A DNA stretch of 64,000 nt from Acutalibacteraceae bacterium (GTDB lineage: Bacteria; Bacillota; Clostridia; Oscillospirales; Acutalibacteraceae), in assembly GCA_045540055.1 (NCBI GenBank), contig JAZQGO010000025.1, forward strand, positions 10 to 64,009. Reading direction: 5' to 3'. Both the position numbers and the translations under genes were made by a program. The notes under the pieces are model-generated. The model had not been told where the DNA came from and did not search any database. It worked only from the letters and a program-made list of their open reading frames with translations. Numbering within the stretch: position 1 is the stretch's first letter; each line of letters begins with the position of its first letter. Below, piece by piece: positions 37,439 through 46,899 of the stretch.

Positions 37439-38349
37439 TAGTGTGCGCCTCCTATAATTTCACTTAAACTATTGATTTTATATTTCTGCATAACGCGAGG
37501 TAAATCATCTATAATATCTTTGCAAGCAAACGGGTTAATTAGGTTTTCGGCACCTACCTCAACTGCCGTTGCACCTGCAAGCATCATTTCAATTACATCC
37601 TCGGCAGTGGCAATACCGCCCATACCGATTATCGGTATTTTTACTGCATCATAAACCTGATAAACCATTCTAAGTGCAACAGGCTTAATGGCAGGACCCG
37701 AAAAACCACCCATTTTATTAGCAATTACGGGTTTGCGTGTTTTAAGGTCAATTCGCATACCGAGAAGCGTGTTAATCATACTGATACCGTCCGCACCTGC
37801 CGCCTCGCAAGCCTTTGCGATTTCGGCAATATCGGTAACATTAGGTGACAGTTTTATGTATAATGGTTTCTTTGTAACCTTACGTACCGCCCTTGTCACC
37901 TCTGCTGCCGCTTCGGGTGATGTGCCAAAGCTCATACCGCCGCCGTGAACGTTAGGACAAGAGATATTTACCTCAAACCAACCTATCTGCTCTTCGGAGT
38001 CAAGCATCTCGACGGTATAGGCATAATCTTCAACCGAAAAGCCGCTAACGTTAGCCATTACAGGCTTTTTAAAACAGGCCTTAAGCTTGGGCAATTCCTC
38101 GCTTATAACCTTATCTACACCCGGATTTTGAAGTCCGACGGCATTTATAAGACCCGCCTCACACTCGGCAATTCGAGGGGTCGGGTTGCCAAAACGGGCG
38201 TCCTTGGTTGTACCCTTAAAAGAAAAGGTACCAAGACAGTTAATATCGTAAATATCGGCAAATTCATAGCCGAAACCAAAGGTGCCACTTGCAGGAATTA
38301 CGGGATTATCGAGTATTATGCCGCTTAAATTAACGCGTGTATCTACCAT
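37438..38349 (-). CDS. pyrD: Dihydroorotate dehydrogenase B, catalytic subunit
   Basis: 303 aa with [20 protein letters not shown]. Confidence 0.9.
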   Translation of the reverse strand: MVDTRVNLSGIILDNPVIPASGTFGFGYEFADIYDINCLGTFSFKGTTKDARFGNPTPRIAECEAGLINAVGLQNPGVDKVISEELPKLKACFKKPVMANVSGFSVEDYAYTVEMLDSEEQIGWFEVNISCPNVHGGGMSFGTSPEAAAEVTRAVRKVTKKPLYIKLSPNVTDIAEIAKACEAAGADGISMINTLLGMRIDLKTRKPVIANKMGGFSGPAIKPVALRMVYQVYDAVKIPIIGMGGIATAEDVIEMMLAGATAVEVGAENLINPFACKDIIDDLPRVMQKYKINSLSEIIGGAH

Positions 38350-39086
38350 ATAATCTCCTCCCTTTCGAGCACAGGACCATCTTTACAAATACGCTTATTA
38401 CCGTACTTTGTTTTGCAGCTGCAACCCATACAGGCACCAAATCCACAACCCATACGCTCTTCAAAGCTGTATTGTCCACTCGTTTTAGCAGTCTGCTCTA
38501 TTGCCTTAAACATCGGCATAGGACCGCAGGTGTAAAAATAGGTGTAATCAAGCTCTCTCATAGCATCGGTAACAAAGCCCTTTATACCGTACGAACCGTC
38601 GACTGTAGTTATAATTGTTTTAACTCCGAGTGTCTCAAATTCATCCTTTAAAAAGATTTCTTTGGCGGTGTTAAAGCCAAGTATTACGGTGGGTGTTACG
38701 CCATTTGCAATAAGCTTTTTACATAGGTTGTAGAGTGGAGGTATACCGACGCCACCGCCGATAAGCAGAGGCTTCTCACCACTCTTTGCTGTGTTATAAC
38801 CATTGCCGAGTCCGACCAAAACGTCGAGCTTTTCACCTGCGGACAGTTCAGCCATTTGCTCGGTGCCGACACCAACAATTTTATAAACAATAACTATTTC
38901 TTTATCATTATAATCACAAATAGAAATAGGTCGGCGCAGATACTTGCCTTCAAGCTTAATGTTGATAAACTGCCCCGAAGCCGTTATAGCCGACGTATCA
39001 CCCTCAAGTGTCATCAGCATAACGTCATCGGTCAATTTAACGTTTTTAGTAATCGTATAAATATCCTGCTTCATTTTCTGCCTCAC
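38343..39086 (-). CDS. pyrK: Dihydroorotate dehydrogenase B, electron-transfer (FAD/2Fe-2S) subunit
   Basis: 247 aa with the C-terminal cluster CGFGACMGCSC...C. Confidence 0.9.
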   Translation of the reverse strand: MRQKMKQDIYTITKNVKLTDDVMLMTLEGDTSAITASGQFINIKLEGKYLRRPISICDYNDKEIVIVYKIVGVGTEQMAELSAGEKLDVLVGLGNGYNTAKSGEKPLLIGGGVGIPPLYNLCKKLIANGVTPTVILGFNTAKEIFLKDEFETLGVKTIITTVDGSYGIKGFVTDAMRELDYTYFYTCGPMPMFKAIEQTAKTSGQYSFEERMGCGFGACMGCSCKTKYGNKRICKDGPVLEREEIIW

Positions 39087-42000
39087 GCATCGATAGTTGA
39101 AATTGTAAGTGTGGTTTCCTCTAAAACGTCGAGCAATACCTTAACTGTATCAAGTGCTGTAAATATGGTGATATTGTTCTCAGTAGCAGTCTTTCTTATC
39201 TGCTGACCGTCACTCTCGGGGTTGCCCGAATTTATATCCTTAGTGTTAAGCACGTAAGCGATGTGACCCTGACGAAGTGCATCCTGAATTTCGTCGCTGC
39301 CGTCACTAATCTTTCTAAGCACGTGGGTACGAATGCCGTTTTCAATGAGGAACTTTGCAGTACCCTCAGTCGCCTGAATATTAAAGCCTAAATTGTAGAA
39401 GCGACGAATAAGCGGTAACGCTTCTTCCTTATCCTTATCGGCAATTGTTGCAAATACTGTGCCGTAGTTTTGCAGACGCATACCCGATGCCTGAAGTGCC
39501 TTGTAAAGTGCGCGGTTTAGCTTATCATCATAACCTATCGCTTCACCAGTAGACTTCATTTCGGGTGACAAATAAGCATCAAGTCCACGAAGCTTATTGA
39601 ACGAGAATACGGGAACCTTAACATACCAACGCTTCTTTTCATCGGGATATATACCGAATATACCTTGCTCCTTAAGGCTCTTACCGAGAATAACCTCGGT
39701 GGCAATGTCTGCAAGGCTGTAGCCTGTTGATTTTGAGAGGAAAGGAACGGTACGGGACGAGCGCGGATTAACCTCAATAATATAAACATCATCATTTTCG
39801 TCAACGATGAACTGTATGTTATAAAGACCGATAATGCCGATTCCAAGACCTAATTTCTTTGCGTACTGCAAAATAATACCCTTTACCTTATCGGATATAC
39901 TAAAGGTCGGATATACACTTATTGAGTCACCGCTATGGATACCTGTACGCTCTACAAGCTCCATAATACCCGGAACAAAGACGTCTCTGCCGTCGCATAT
40001 CGCGTCAACCTCAACCTCTTTACCCTGAATGTATTTATCAACAAGTACGGGCTTGTCTTCATCAATTTCAACAGCAGTTTTAAGATAGTGACGAAGCTGT
40101 TGCTCATTAGCAACTATCTGCATTGCACGTCCGCCGAGAACGAAGCTCGGGCGAACAAGTACGGGATAGCCGATTTCTGCCGCCGCAGCGATACCGTCCT
40201 CAATTTTTGTAACGGCTTTACCCTTTGGCTGCGGTATATCGAGGTCACGAAGTATTTTTTCAAAGCTATCGCGGTTTTCGGCACGCTCAATAGCCTCACA
40301 ATCGGTACCGATTATTTTAACACCGCGCTTCATAAGAGGCTCTGCCAGGTTTATTGCAGTCTGACCGCCGAGTGATGCGATAACACCCTCGGGTTTTTCA
40401 AACTCGATTATATTCATAACGTCTTCGGGGGTAAGCGGCTCAAAATATAGCTTATCGGCGGTTGTATAGTCGGTCGAAACGGTTTCGGGGTTGTTGTTGA
40501 TAATTATTGCCTCATAGCCCGAAGCCTTAATGGTCTGTACAGCGTGTACCGTTGAATAGTCAAACTCAACACCCTGACCTATACGAATAGGACCTGCACC
40601 AAGCACTACAATCTTCTTTTTGTCTGTGAGTCTTGATGCATTTTCGCCTGTATATGACGAGTAGAAATAAGGAATATATGCGTTTGTATGGCAGGTATCA
40701 ACCATTTTAAATACAGGGAAAATGTTATTTACTTTACGAAGGGCATAGACGTCCAGCTCTTCCTTTTTCCAAAGGCGAGCGATATATTTATCACTAAAGC
40801 CCATTTTCTTGGCAGCAATAAGTGTATCGATATTATCGACATTTTCTTTAAGTGTGTCTTCCATATCGATAATTCTCTTAATTGCCTCAAGGAAAAATGC
40901 GGTTATTTTAGTAATTTCGTGTATTTCATCTATTGTTGCGCCGCGAGCAATAAGCTCGGCAATTGCAAATATGTTGTCATCCTTAAATTCTTTAATATAG
41001 TCGAGAAGCTGCTCCTTGCTCATATTATCGAACTTTGACATATATATATGGTTAGCGCCGATTTCGAGTGAGCGCACCGATTTAAGTAAGCATTCCTCAA
41101 GATTTGAGCCGATGCCCATAACCTCACCCGTAGCCTTCATCTGAGTGCCGAGAGTGTTGGCGGCAGATGTAAACTTATCAAACGGGAAGCGTGGGAATTT
41201 GGCAATTACATAATCGAGTCTTGGCTCAAACGCCGCAGTTGTATTTGCAATCTTAATATCCTCAAGTAACATACCGAGGGCTATTTTGGCGGTAACCCTT
41301 GCAATAGGATATCCGCTTGCCTTGGATGCAAGAGCAGATGAGCGTGAAACTCTCGGGTTTACTTCAATTAGATAATATTCGCTTGAATTGGGGTTGAGCG
41401 CAAACTGAACGTTACAACCACCCTCAATTTTAAGCTCTTTTATCAGCTTAATGGCACTGTCATTAAGCATTTTTTCGTCTTCTTTACTAAGAGTCATAAT
41501 GGGGGCTACAACCAACGAGTCGCCTGTGTGTACACCGACGGGGTCGATATTTTCCATACCGCAGATGGTTATAGCGTGGTCACTCGAGTCACGCATAACC
41601 TCAAACTCAATTTCCTTATAGCCCTTTACACTCTTTTCAATTAAAACCTGATGTACGGGTGAAAGCTTAAAGGCGTTAAGACCTATTTCTACGAGTTCTT
41701 GCTCGTTTTCGGCAAAGCCGCCACCAGTGCCGCCAAGCGTAAATGCAGGACGTAAAACTACGGGATAGCCTATCTTCTTGGCCGCTATTTTTGCCTCGTC
41801 AATGCTGTAGGTGATTTCAGAGGGTATAACAGGCTCACCGATAGACTGGCAAAGCTCTTTAAACAACTCGCGGTCCTCGGCGCGCTCAATACTTTCACTG
41901 CTTGTACCTAAAAGCTCAACACCGCATTCCTTTAAGATGCCTTTTTTCTCAAGTTGCATTGCGATGTTAAGACCTGTCTGACCTCCGATACCGGGTACTA

Positions 42001-42256
42001 TGGCATCAGGGCGCTCATAACGGAGGATTTTTGCAATGTATTCCAGTGTCAAAGGCTCCATGTAAACCTTATCGGCGATTGTTGTATCGGTCATAATGGT
42101 TGCAGGGTTTGAGTTGCAAAGAACAACCTCGTAGCCCTCCTCCTTAAGTGCCAAGCAGGCCTGTGTGCCGGCGTAGTCAAATTCTGCCGCCTGACCTATT
42201 ACTATCGGACCTGAGCCGATAATCAATACCTTTTTAATGTCTGTTCTTTTTGCCAT
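39083..42256 (-). CDS. carB: Carbamoyl-phosphate synthase large subunit
   Basis: 1057 aa with a duplicated ATP-grasp architecture. N-terminus KKVLIIGSGPIVIGQAAEFDYAGTQA. Confidence 0.95.
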   Translation of the reverse strand: MAKRTDIKKVLIIGSGPIVIGQAAEFDYAGTQACLALKEEGYEVVLCNSNPATIMTDTTIADKVYMEPLTLEYIAKILRYERPDAIVPGIGGQTGLNIAMQLEKKGILKECGVELLGTSSESIERAEDRELFKELCQSIGEPVIPSEITYSIDEAKIAAKKIGYPVVLRPAFTLGGTGGGFAENEQELVEIGLNAFKLSPVHQVLIEKSVKGYKEIEFEVMRDSSDHAITICGMENIDPVGVHTGDSLVVAPIMTLSKEDEKMLNDSAIKLIKELKIEGGCNVQFALNPNSSEYYLIEVNPRVSRSSALASKASGYPIARVTAKIALGMLLEDIKIANTTAAFEPRLDYVIAKFPRFPFDKFTSAANTLGTQMKATGEVMGIGSNLEECLLKSVRSLEIGANHIYMSKFDNMSKEQLLDYIKEFKDDNIFAIAELIARGATIDEIHEITKITAFFLEAIKRIIDMEDTLKENVDNIDTLIAAKKMGFSDKYIARLWKKEELDVYALRKVNNIFPVFKMVDTCHTNAYIPYFYSSYTGENASRLTDKKKIVVLGAGPIRIGQGVEFDYSTVHAVQTIKASGYEAIIINNNPETVSTDYTTADKLYFEPLTPEDVMNIIEFEKPEGVIASLGGQTAINLAEPLMKRGVKIIGTDCEAIERAENRDSFEKILRDLDIPQPKGKAVTKIEDGIAAAAEIGYPVLVRPSFVLGGRAMQIVANEQQLRHYLKTAVEIDEDKPVLVDKYIQGKEVEVDAICDGRDVFVPGIMELVERTGIHSGDSISVYPTFSISDKVKGIILQYAKKLGLGIGIIGLYNIQFIVDENDDVYIIEVNPRSSRTVPFLSKSTGYSLADIATEVILGKSLKEQGIFGIYPDEKKRWYVKVPVFSFNKLRGLDAYLSPEMKSTGEAIGYDDKLNRALYKALQASGMRLQNYGTVFATIADKDKEEALPLIRRFYNLGFNIQATEGTAKFLIENGIRTHVLRKISDGSDEIQDALRQGHIAYVLNTKDINSGNPESDGQQIRKTATENNITIFTALDTVKVLLDVLEETTLTISTIDA

Positions 42257-42268
42257 AATTTTATCCTC

Positions 42269-43486
42269 CTATATATTCTCATTACTATAAACGATTTTAT
42301 TGCCCTTTACGGTCATAAGGCAACTGCCGTAAAGCTTCATATTTTCGAATGGTGTGCTTCTACCCTTTGACAAAAATTCATCGGGATTAACGATATATTC
42401 GTGATTTATGTCAAACACACAAAAATCCTTGGTTTCGGGTAATCCGAAGCGTTTTCGCGGATTTATCGACATAAGCTTAATAAGTTTTTCTATTGTGATT
42501 ATACCGCTTTTTACAAGAAAGGTATACATTACCGAAAATGCTGTTTCTATGCCGACAACACCCATAAGACTACCTGTAAGACCTTTAGACTTTTCCTCGG
42601 CACTATGCGGTGCGTGGTCGGTAGCAATCATATCTATCGTGCCGTCCTTTATGCCTTCTATAAGAGCTAATCGGTCCTCTTCGGCACGTATCGGCGGATT
42701 CATTTTAAACCGCCCTTCGTCCTTTAGCATCATATCGTTAAATACGAGGTAGTGCGGTGCCGTTTCGCAGGTTACGTCAACTCCGCGCTTTTTAGCATTT
42801 CGTATAAGTTGTACGCTTTCCTTGGTTGACACGTGGCATATATGGTATTTGCAACCCGTCTTCTCTGCTAATTCGAGGTCACGCTTAATGGGCCCCCACT
42901 CACTCTCGCTACAAATACCTTTAATATTGTTGTGTCTGGCAAACTCACCGTCGTGTATGCAGCCGCCAAACAGTAACGAATTATCCTCACAATGCGCGGC
43001 TATAATCTTATTGAGACGTTTAGCGTTTAGCATAGCTTTTTCCATCATATCCTTTGACTGAACGCCCTTGCCGTCATCCGAAAAGGCAATGGCATAGCCC
43101 CCGAGCGCATCAAAATCGGTCAGCACCTCACCTGCCTGTCCTACTGTAATTGATGCGTAAGGATGCACGTTTATTACGGAATCTCGCTTAATTATATCAA
43201 GCTGCTCCTTTATATGCTCGACGCTATCAGGCACAGGATTTAGGTTTGGCATTGAGAAAACGTCGGTGTAGCCGCCTTTAGCGCAAGCGCGTGTTCCTGT
43301 AAGTATTGTTTCCTTATAAAAAAAACCCGGCTCTCTGAGATGAACGTGTACATCACAAAAAGCGGGTAAAATAAGACAATTATTAAAAACTGTATCAACG
43401 CCGTTATTCATAAGCTCTAATGAATAATCAGCCGGAATTATCTTTCCATTTTCATATTTTTGACAGTTTTTAAATATCGTTTTCAT
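42269..43486 (-). CDS. pyrC: Dihydroorotase
   Basis: Start at MKTIFKNCQKYENG after AGGAG. DVHVHLREPG and ATDHAPH motifs. The track ORF has a 35-codon upstream extension through the leader terminator. Confidence 0.9.
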   Translation of the reverse strand: MKTIFKNCQKYENGKIIPADYSLELMNNGVDTVFNNCLILPAFCDVHVHLREPGFFYKETILTGTRACAKGGYTDVFSMPNLNPVPDSVEHIKEQLDIIKRDSVINVHPYASITVGQAGEVLTDFDALGGYAIAFSDDGKGVQSKDMMEKAMLNAKRLNKIIAAHCEDNSLLFGGCIHDGEFARHNNIKGICSESEWGPIKRDLELAEKTGCKYHICHVSTKESVQLIRNAKKRGVDVTCETAPHYLVFNDMMLKDEGRFKMNPPIRAEEDRLALIEGIKDGTIDMIATDHAPHSAEEKSKGLTGSLMGVVGIETAFSVMYTFLVKSGIITIEKLIKLMSINPRKRFGLPETKDFCVFDINHEYIVNPDEFLSKGRSTPFENMKLYGSCLMTVKGNKIVYSNENI

Positions 43487-43496
43487 ACTTGCTCCT

Positions 43497-43650
43497 ATAA
43501 AAAAACCTTGCCATTCGACAAGGTTTGATAGACATAACAAAACAAAGGCAATTTTGCCAATGAAACCATATACAAATCTTGCCGACGTCACAGCATCGAA
43601 CTTAAAGATTTAATTTTAAATATATTATCACAAACTTTACACTTTGTCAA
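43497..43650 (-). promoter_or_regulatory. pyr operon promoter plus about 110-nt leader with terminator/antiterminator potential
   Basis: Minus strand reads TTGACA(43650-43645) - 17 nt - TAATAT(43627-43622). Leader ends in aaccttg-tcgaatgg-caaggtt plus T8. The upstream segment ucggcaag can pair with the 5' arm cuugucga. Confidence 0.55.
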
Positions 43651-43694
43651 GGAAATTAGCGCATATAATTTTATTTTTTTCTTTCTCTATTTTC

Positions 43695-43723
43695 TTGACA
43701 TAAAATGCTAAATAATATATAAT
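43695..43723 (+). promoter_or_regulatory. pur operon promoter
   Basis: TTGACA (43695-43700) - 17 nt - TATAAT (43718-43723), about 30 nt upstream of the ZTP aptamer. Confidence 0.6.
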
Positions 43724-43750
43724 ATATATCATAATTTACAAATAAATTAT

Positions 43751-43872
43751 GGCTTTTGGTGACTGACGGATAAGTGGGCTACCACATGGAAACCTAAAGC
43801 TTGTTTTAATGTCGACCGTCTGGGCAGTTCCGCTTAAAAATGGCGGAGGTGCCTTTATTTATTTTAAGGTGA
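43751..43872 (+). ncRNA. ZTP (pfl motif) riboswitch with terminator-type expression platform
   Basis: GCUUU UGGUGACUGACGG AUAA GUGGGCUACCAC AUGGAAACCU AAAGC - linker - CGACCGUCUGGGCAG. The pseudoknot pair gacgg/ccguc covaries relative to the ggcg/cgcc consensus. Followed by the stem ggcaGTtccgc...gcggaGGtgcc and tttatttatttt. Confidence 0.8.
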
Positions 43873-43900
43873 CAAGAGTCAAACCAAGGAGGAAGTTATT

Positions 43901-44395
43901 ATGAAAAAAGTAGGCATAATAATGGGTAGCGACAGTGACCTGCCCGTTGTTGAAAAGGCAATTAAAATTTTAAAAGATTTTTCTGTTCCTTATGAGGTGC
44001 ACGTATACTCTGCGCACCGCACGCCCAAAGAGGCTAAAACCTTTGCCGAGACTGCCAGAGAAAATAATTTTGGTGTAATTATATGCGCCGCAGGTATGGC
44101 GGCACATTTAGCTGGCGCATTTGCCGCTAATACTACCCTACCCGTAATCGGCATTCCCGTAAAGTCTGCCGCCTTAGACGGTATGGATGCACTTCTCTCG
44201 ACCGTACAGATGCCCACAGGCATCCCCGTTGCAACCGTTGCAATAAACGGTGCGGCTAATGCGGCATTTTTAGCCGTTCAGATTTTAAGTGTAGCCGATG
44301 AGGATTTAGCAAAAAGACTTAACGACCGTCGCGTCTCAGACGCTAAGACTGTTTTAGAAAAAGACGCCGCTGTTTCGGCTCAGTTTAATAACTAA
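43901..44395 (+). CDS. purE: 5-(carboxyamino)imidazole ribonucleotide mutase
   Basis: 164 aa with GSDSD, SAHRTP, AGMAAHLAG motifs. Confidence 0.9.
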   Translation: MKKVGIIMGSDSDLPVVEKAIKILKDFSVPYEVHVYSAHRTPKEAKTFAETARENNFGVIICAAGMAAHLAGAFAANTTLPVIGIPVKSAALDGMDALLSTVQMPTGIPVATVAINGAANAAFLAVQILSVADEDLAKRLNDRRVSDAKTVLEKDAAVSAQFNN

Positions 44396-44429
44396 TTATT
44401 TCTTTTTACCCAATTTTTAGGAGGTTTTT

Positions 44430-45854
44430 ATGGGAGGATTTTTCGGCGCAGTCGGCGCTAACGACGTGATTTCTGATGTATTTTTCGGTACCGACTATCA
44501 CTCACACCTTGGTACGCGTCGCGGTGGCATGGCGGCATTTGATGATGAAATCGGTCTTCAACGCGAAATACATAACATTCAGAATTCACCCTTTAGAACA
44601 AAGTTTGCAGATATTTTTGATGATATGAAGGGCACTGCTGCAATAGGCTGTATCAGCGACTTTGACCCGCAACCACTTCTTATACGTTCAAAGTTCGGCT
44701 CTTATGCTATTTGCGTAATCGGTTTAATCAACAACGCCAAGGAGCTTATTGATGAGTATTTATCAGAAACGGGCGGTCACTTTAATGCGATGACGTCGGG
44801 GCTTACAAATTCTACCGAGCTTGTTGCCGCACTCATCAACCAGAAAAACGGTTTTGCCGAGGGTATTAAGTTTGCGCAAAGCAAAATTGACGGTACTGCA
44901 TCAATACTTATTTTAACCAGCAAGGGCGCTTTGATTGCCGCGAGAGACAAGATGGGACGAATTCCCGTGCTTGTTGGTAAGAGCGAAGACGGCTTTTGCG
45001 TTTCGTTCGAGTCCTTTGCTTATCAAAAGCTCGGCTATGACGATTATAAGGAATTAGGGCCTGCCGAAATCGTTAAGATTACAAAGGACGACTGCAAGGT
45101 GCTTTCTCCTGCAGGTGAGGAAATGCGCATCTGCTCTTTCCTTTGGAGTTATTACGGATATCCCACCTCAACCTATGAGGATGTAAACGTCGAAGTAATG
45201 CGTTGCCGCAACGGTCAGATTATGGCGCAAAACGATAAAGCCGCCGAAAAAATGTCCGACCTCGATTATATTGTTGGTGTGCCCGATTCGGGAATTCCGC
45301 ACGCAATCGGTTATGCCAATGAAAGTAAAATACCGTATGCAAGAGCATTTATTAAATACACACCGACCTGGTCACGAAGCTTTACGCCTACCAATCAAGC
45401 CGAGCGTAATCGCGTCGCTAAAATGAAACAGATTCCCGTACACGACCTTATCAAAGATAAAAAGCTGTTGTTTGTTGACGATTCAATCGTGAGAGGCACT
45501 CAGCTTAAAGAAACGGTTGATTTTCTTTACGACCACGGCGCAAAAGAAGTGCATATGCGTTCTGCGTGTCCACCTATTATGTACGGTTGTAAATACCTTA
45601 ATTTTTCACGTGCTACGGGTGATATGGAGCTTATAGCACGCCGAACTATTATGGAGCTTGAAGGTGAAGAAGGCTTTAAGTATATTGAGGAATATTCTGA
45701 CGGCACTACCGAGCGCGGTAAGAAGTTAAGAGAATCAATTTGTAAAACATTTAACTTCTCTTCACTCGAATTTCAGTCATTAGAAGGAATAATTAAGGCG
45801 ATAGGCATTGAGCCGTGCAAGCTTTGTACCTATTGTTGGAACGGAAAGGAATAA
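44430..45854 (+). CDS. purF: Amidophosphoribosyltransferase homologue lacking the N-terminal Cys nucleophile
   Basis: 474 aa. PRTase motif LLFVDDSIVRGTQ and Fe-S Cys ligands are present. The N-terminus is MGGFFG, with an in-frame TAG 9 nt upstream and a perfect AGGAGG RBS, instead of MCG. Confidence 0.8.
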   Translation: MGGFFGAVGANDVISDVFFGTDYHSHLGTRRGGMAAFDDEIGLQREIHNIQNSPFRTKFADIFDDMKGTAAIGCISDFDPQPLLIRSKFGSYAICVIGLINNAKELIDEYLSETGGHFNAMTSGLTNSTELVAALINQKNGFAEGIKFAQSKIDGTASILILTSKGALIAARDKMGRIPVLVGKSEDGFCVSFESFAYQKLGYDDYKELGPAEIVKITKDDCKVLSPAGEEMRICSFLWSYYGYPTSTYEDVNVEVMRCRNGQIMAQNDKAAEKMSDLDYIVGVPDSGIPHAIGYANESKIPYARAFIKYTPTWSRSFTPTNQAERNRVAKMKQIPVHDLIKDKKLLFVDDSIVRGTQLKETVDFLYDHGAKEVHMRSACPPIMYGCKYLNFSRATGDMELIARRTIMELEGEEGFKYIEEYSDGTTERGKKLRESICKTFNFSSLEFQSLEGIIKAIGIEPCKLCTYCWNGKE

Positions 45855-45858
45855 AATT

Positions 45859-46899
45859 ATGAGTATGCAATCAAAATCAGAATCTTACGCAGCCGCAGGT
45901 GTTGATATCACCGCAGGCTACAAGGCTGTTGAACTAATGAAAAAACATATCAACCGCACCAAAAACGAGGGTTGTCTTGATGACGTTGGCGGCTTTGGCG
46001 GTTGCTTCGGCTTAAATCTTACAGGCATCAGCGAGCCTGTTTTGGTTGCAGGCACCGACGGTGTCGGCACAAAGATTAAGCTTGCTATGTTACTCAACAA
46101 GCACGACACCATCGGTATTGACTGTGTGGCTATGTGCGCCAACGATATCATTTGTTGCGGTGCTAAGCCGTTATTCTTCCTCGACTACATTGCTTGCGGC
46201 AAGAATATACCCGAAAAAATTGCCGATATCGTTGCAGGTGTTGCCGAAGGTTGTGTGCAATCAGGTTGCGCACTCATTGGCGGCGAAACTGCCGAGCATC
46301 CCGGTCTTATGCCTGAGGATGATTACGATTTGGCAGGCTACTGCACAGGTATAGTTGATAAGTCAAAGATTATCGATAACAACACAATGGCAGTCGGCGA
46401 CGTTGTTATAGCACTCGCTTCAAGCGGTGTGCACTCAAACGGTTTCTCGCTCGTTCGTAAGGTGTTCGACGTAGAAAACGCTGATATCACCTCACCCTGC
46501 GCTGAGCTTGGCGGTAAGTCTATTGGTGAAACACTGCTTACACCTACCCGTCTTTACGTTAAATCGGTACTCGCTTTAATTGATGAAATTAAGGTTAAAG
46601 GTATTTCGCACATTACGGGCGGCGGCTTCTATGAGAATATTCCGAGAAGTATTCCAGACGGCCTTGGTGCTAAGATTGATAAATCTGCTGTTAAAGTGCT
46701 TCCGATATTTGACCTTATTATGAAAACAGGCAATATCAGTGAACGTGATATGTTTAACACCTTTAATATGGGTGTTGGTATGAGCATCGTTGTGGCACGC
46801 GCGGATGCCGAGAAGTCACTCGAAATTTTGAAGGCAAACGGCGAGGATGCTTATATCATCGGCGAGATAATAGAGTCGGAGGATAAAATCATTTTATGA
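45859..46899 (+). CDS. purM: Phosphoribosylformylglycinamidine cyclo-ligase (AIR synthase)
   Basis: Start at MSMQSKSESYAAAGVDI after AAAGGA. DGVGTK and GGETAE motifs. Confidence 0.9.
   Translation: MSMQSKSESYAAAGVDITAGYKAVELMKKHINRTKNEGCLDDVGGFGGCFGLNLTGISEPVLVAGTDGVGTKIKLAMLLNKHDTIGIDCVAMCANDIICCGAKPLFFLDYIACGKNIPEKIADIVAGVAEGCVQSGCALIGGETAEHPGLMPEDDYDLAGYCTGIVDKSKIIDNNTMAVGDVVIALASSGVHSNGFSLVRKVFDVENADITSPCAELGGKSIGETLLTPTRLYVKSVLALIDEIKVKGISHITGGGFYENIPRSIPDGLGAKIDKSAVKVLPIFDLIMKTGNISERDMFNTFNMGVGMSIVVARADAEKSLEILKANGEDAYIIGEIIESEDKIIL

Noticed and set aside
43740-43900. Expected a guanine/adenine (purine) riboswitch upstream of purE
   Set aside because: The conserved purine-riboswitch loops and junction (…UAUAAU…GGAUAUGG…CCGUAAAU…) are absent. 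The sequence fits the ZTP/pfl motif instead.
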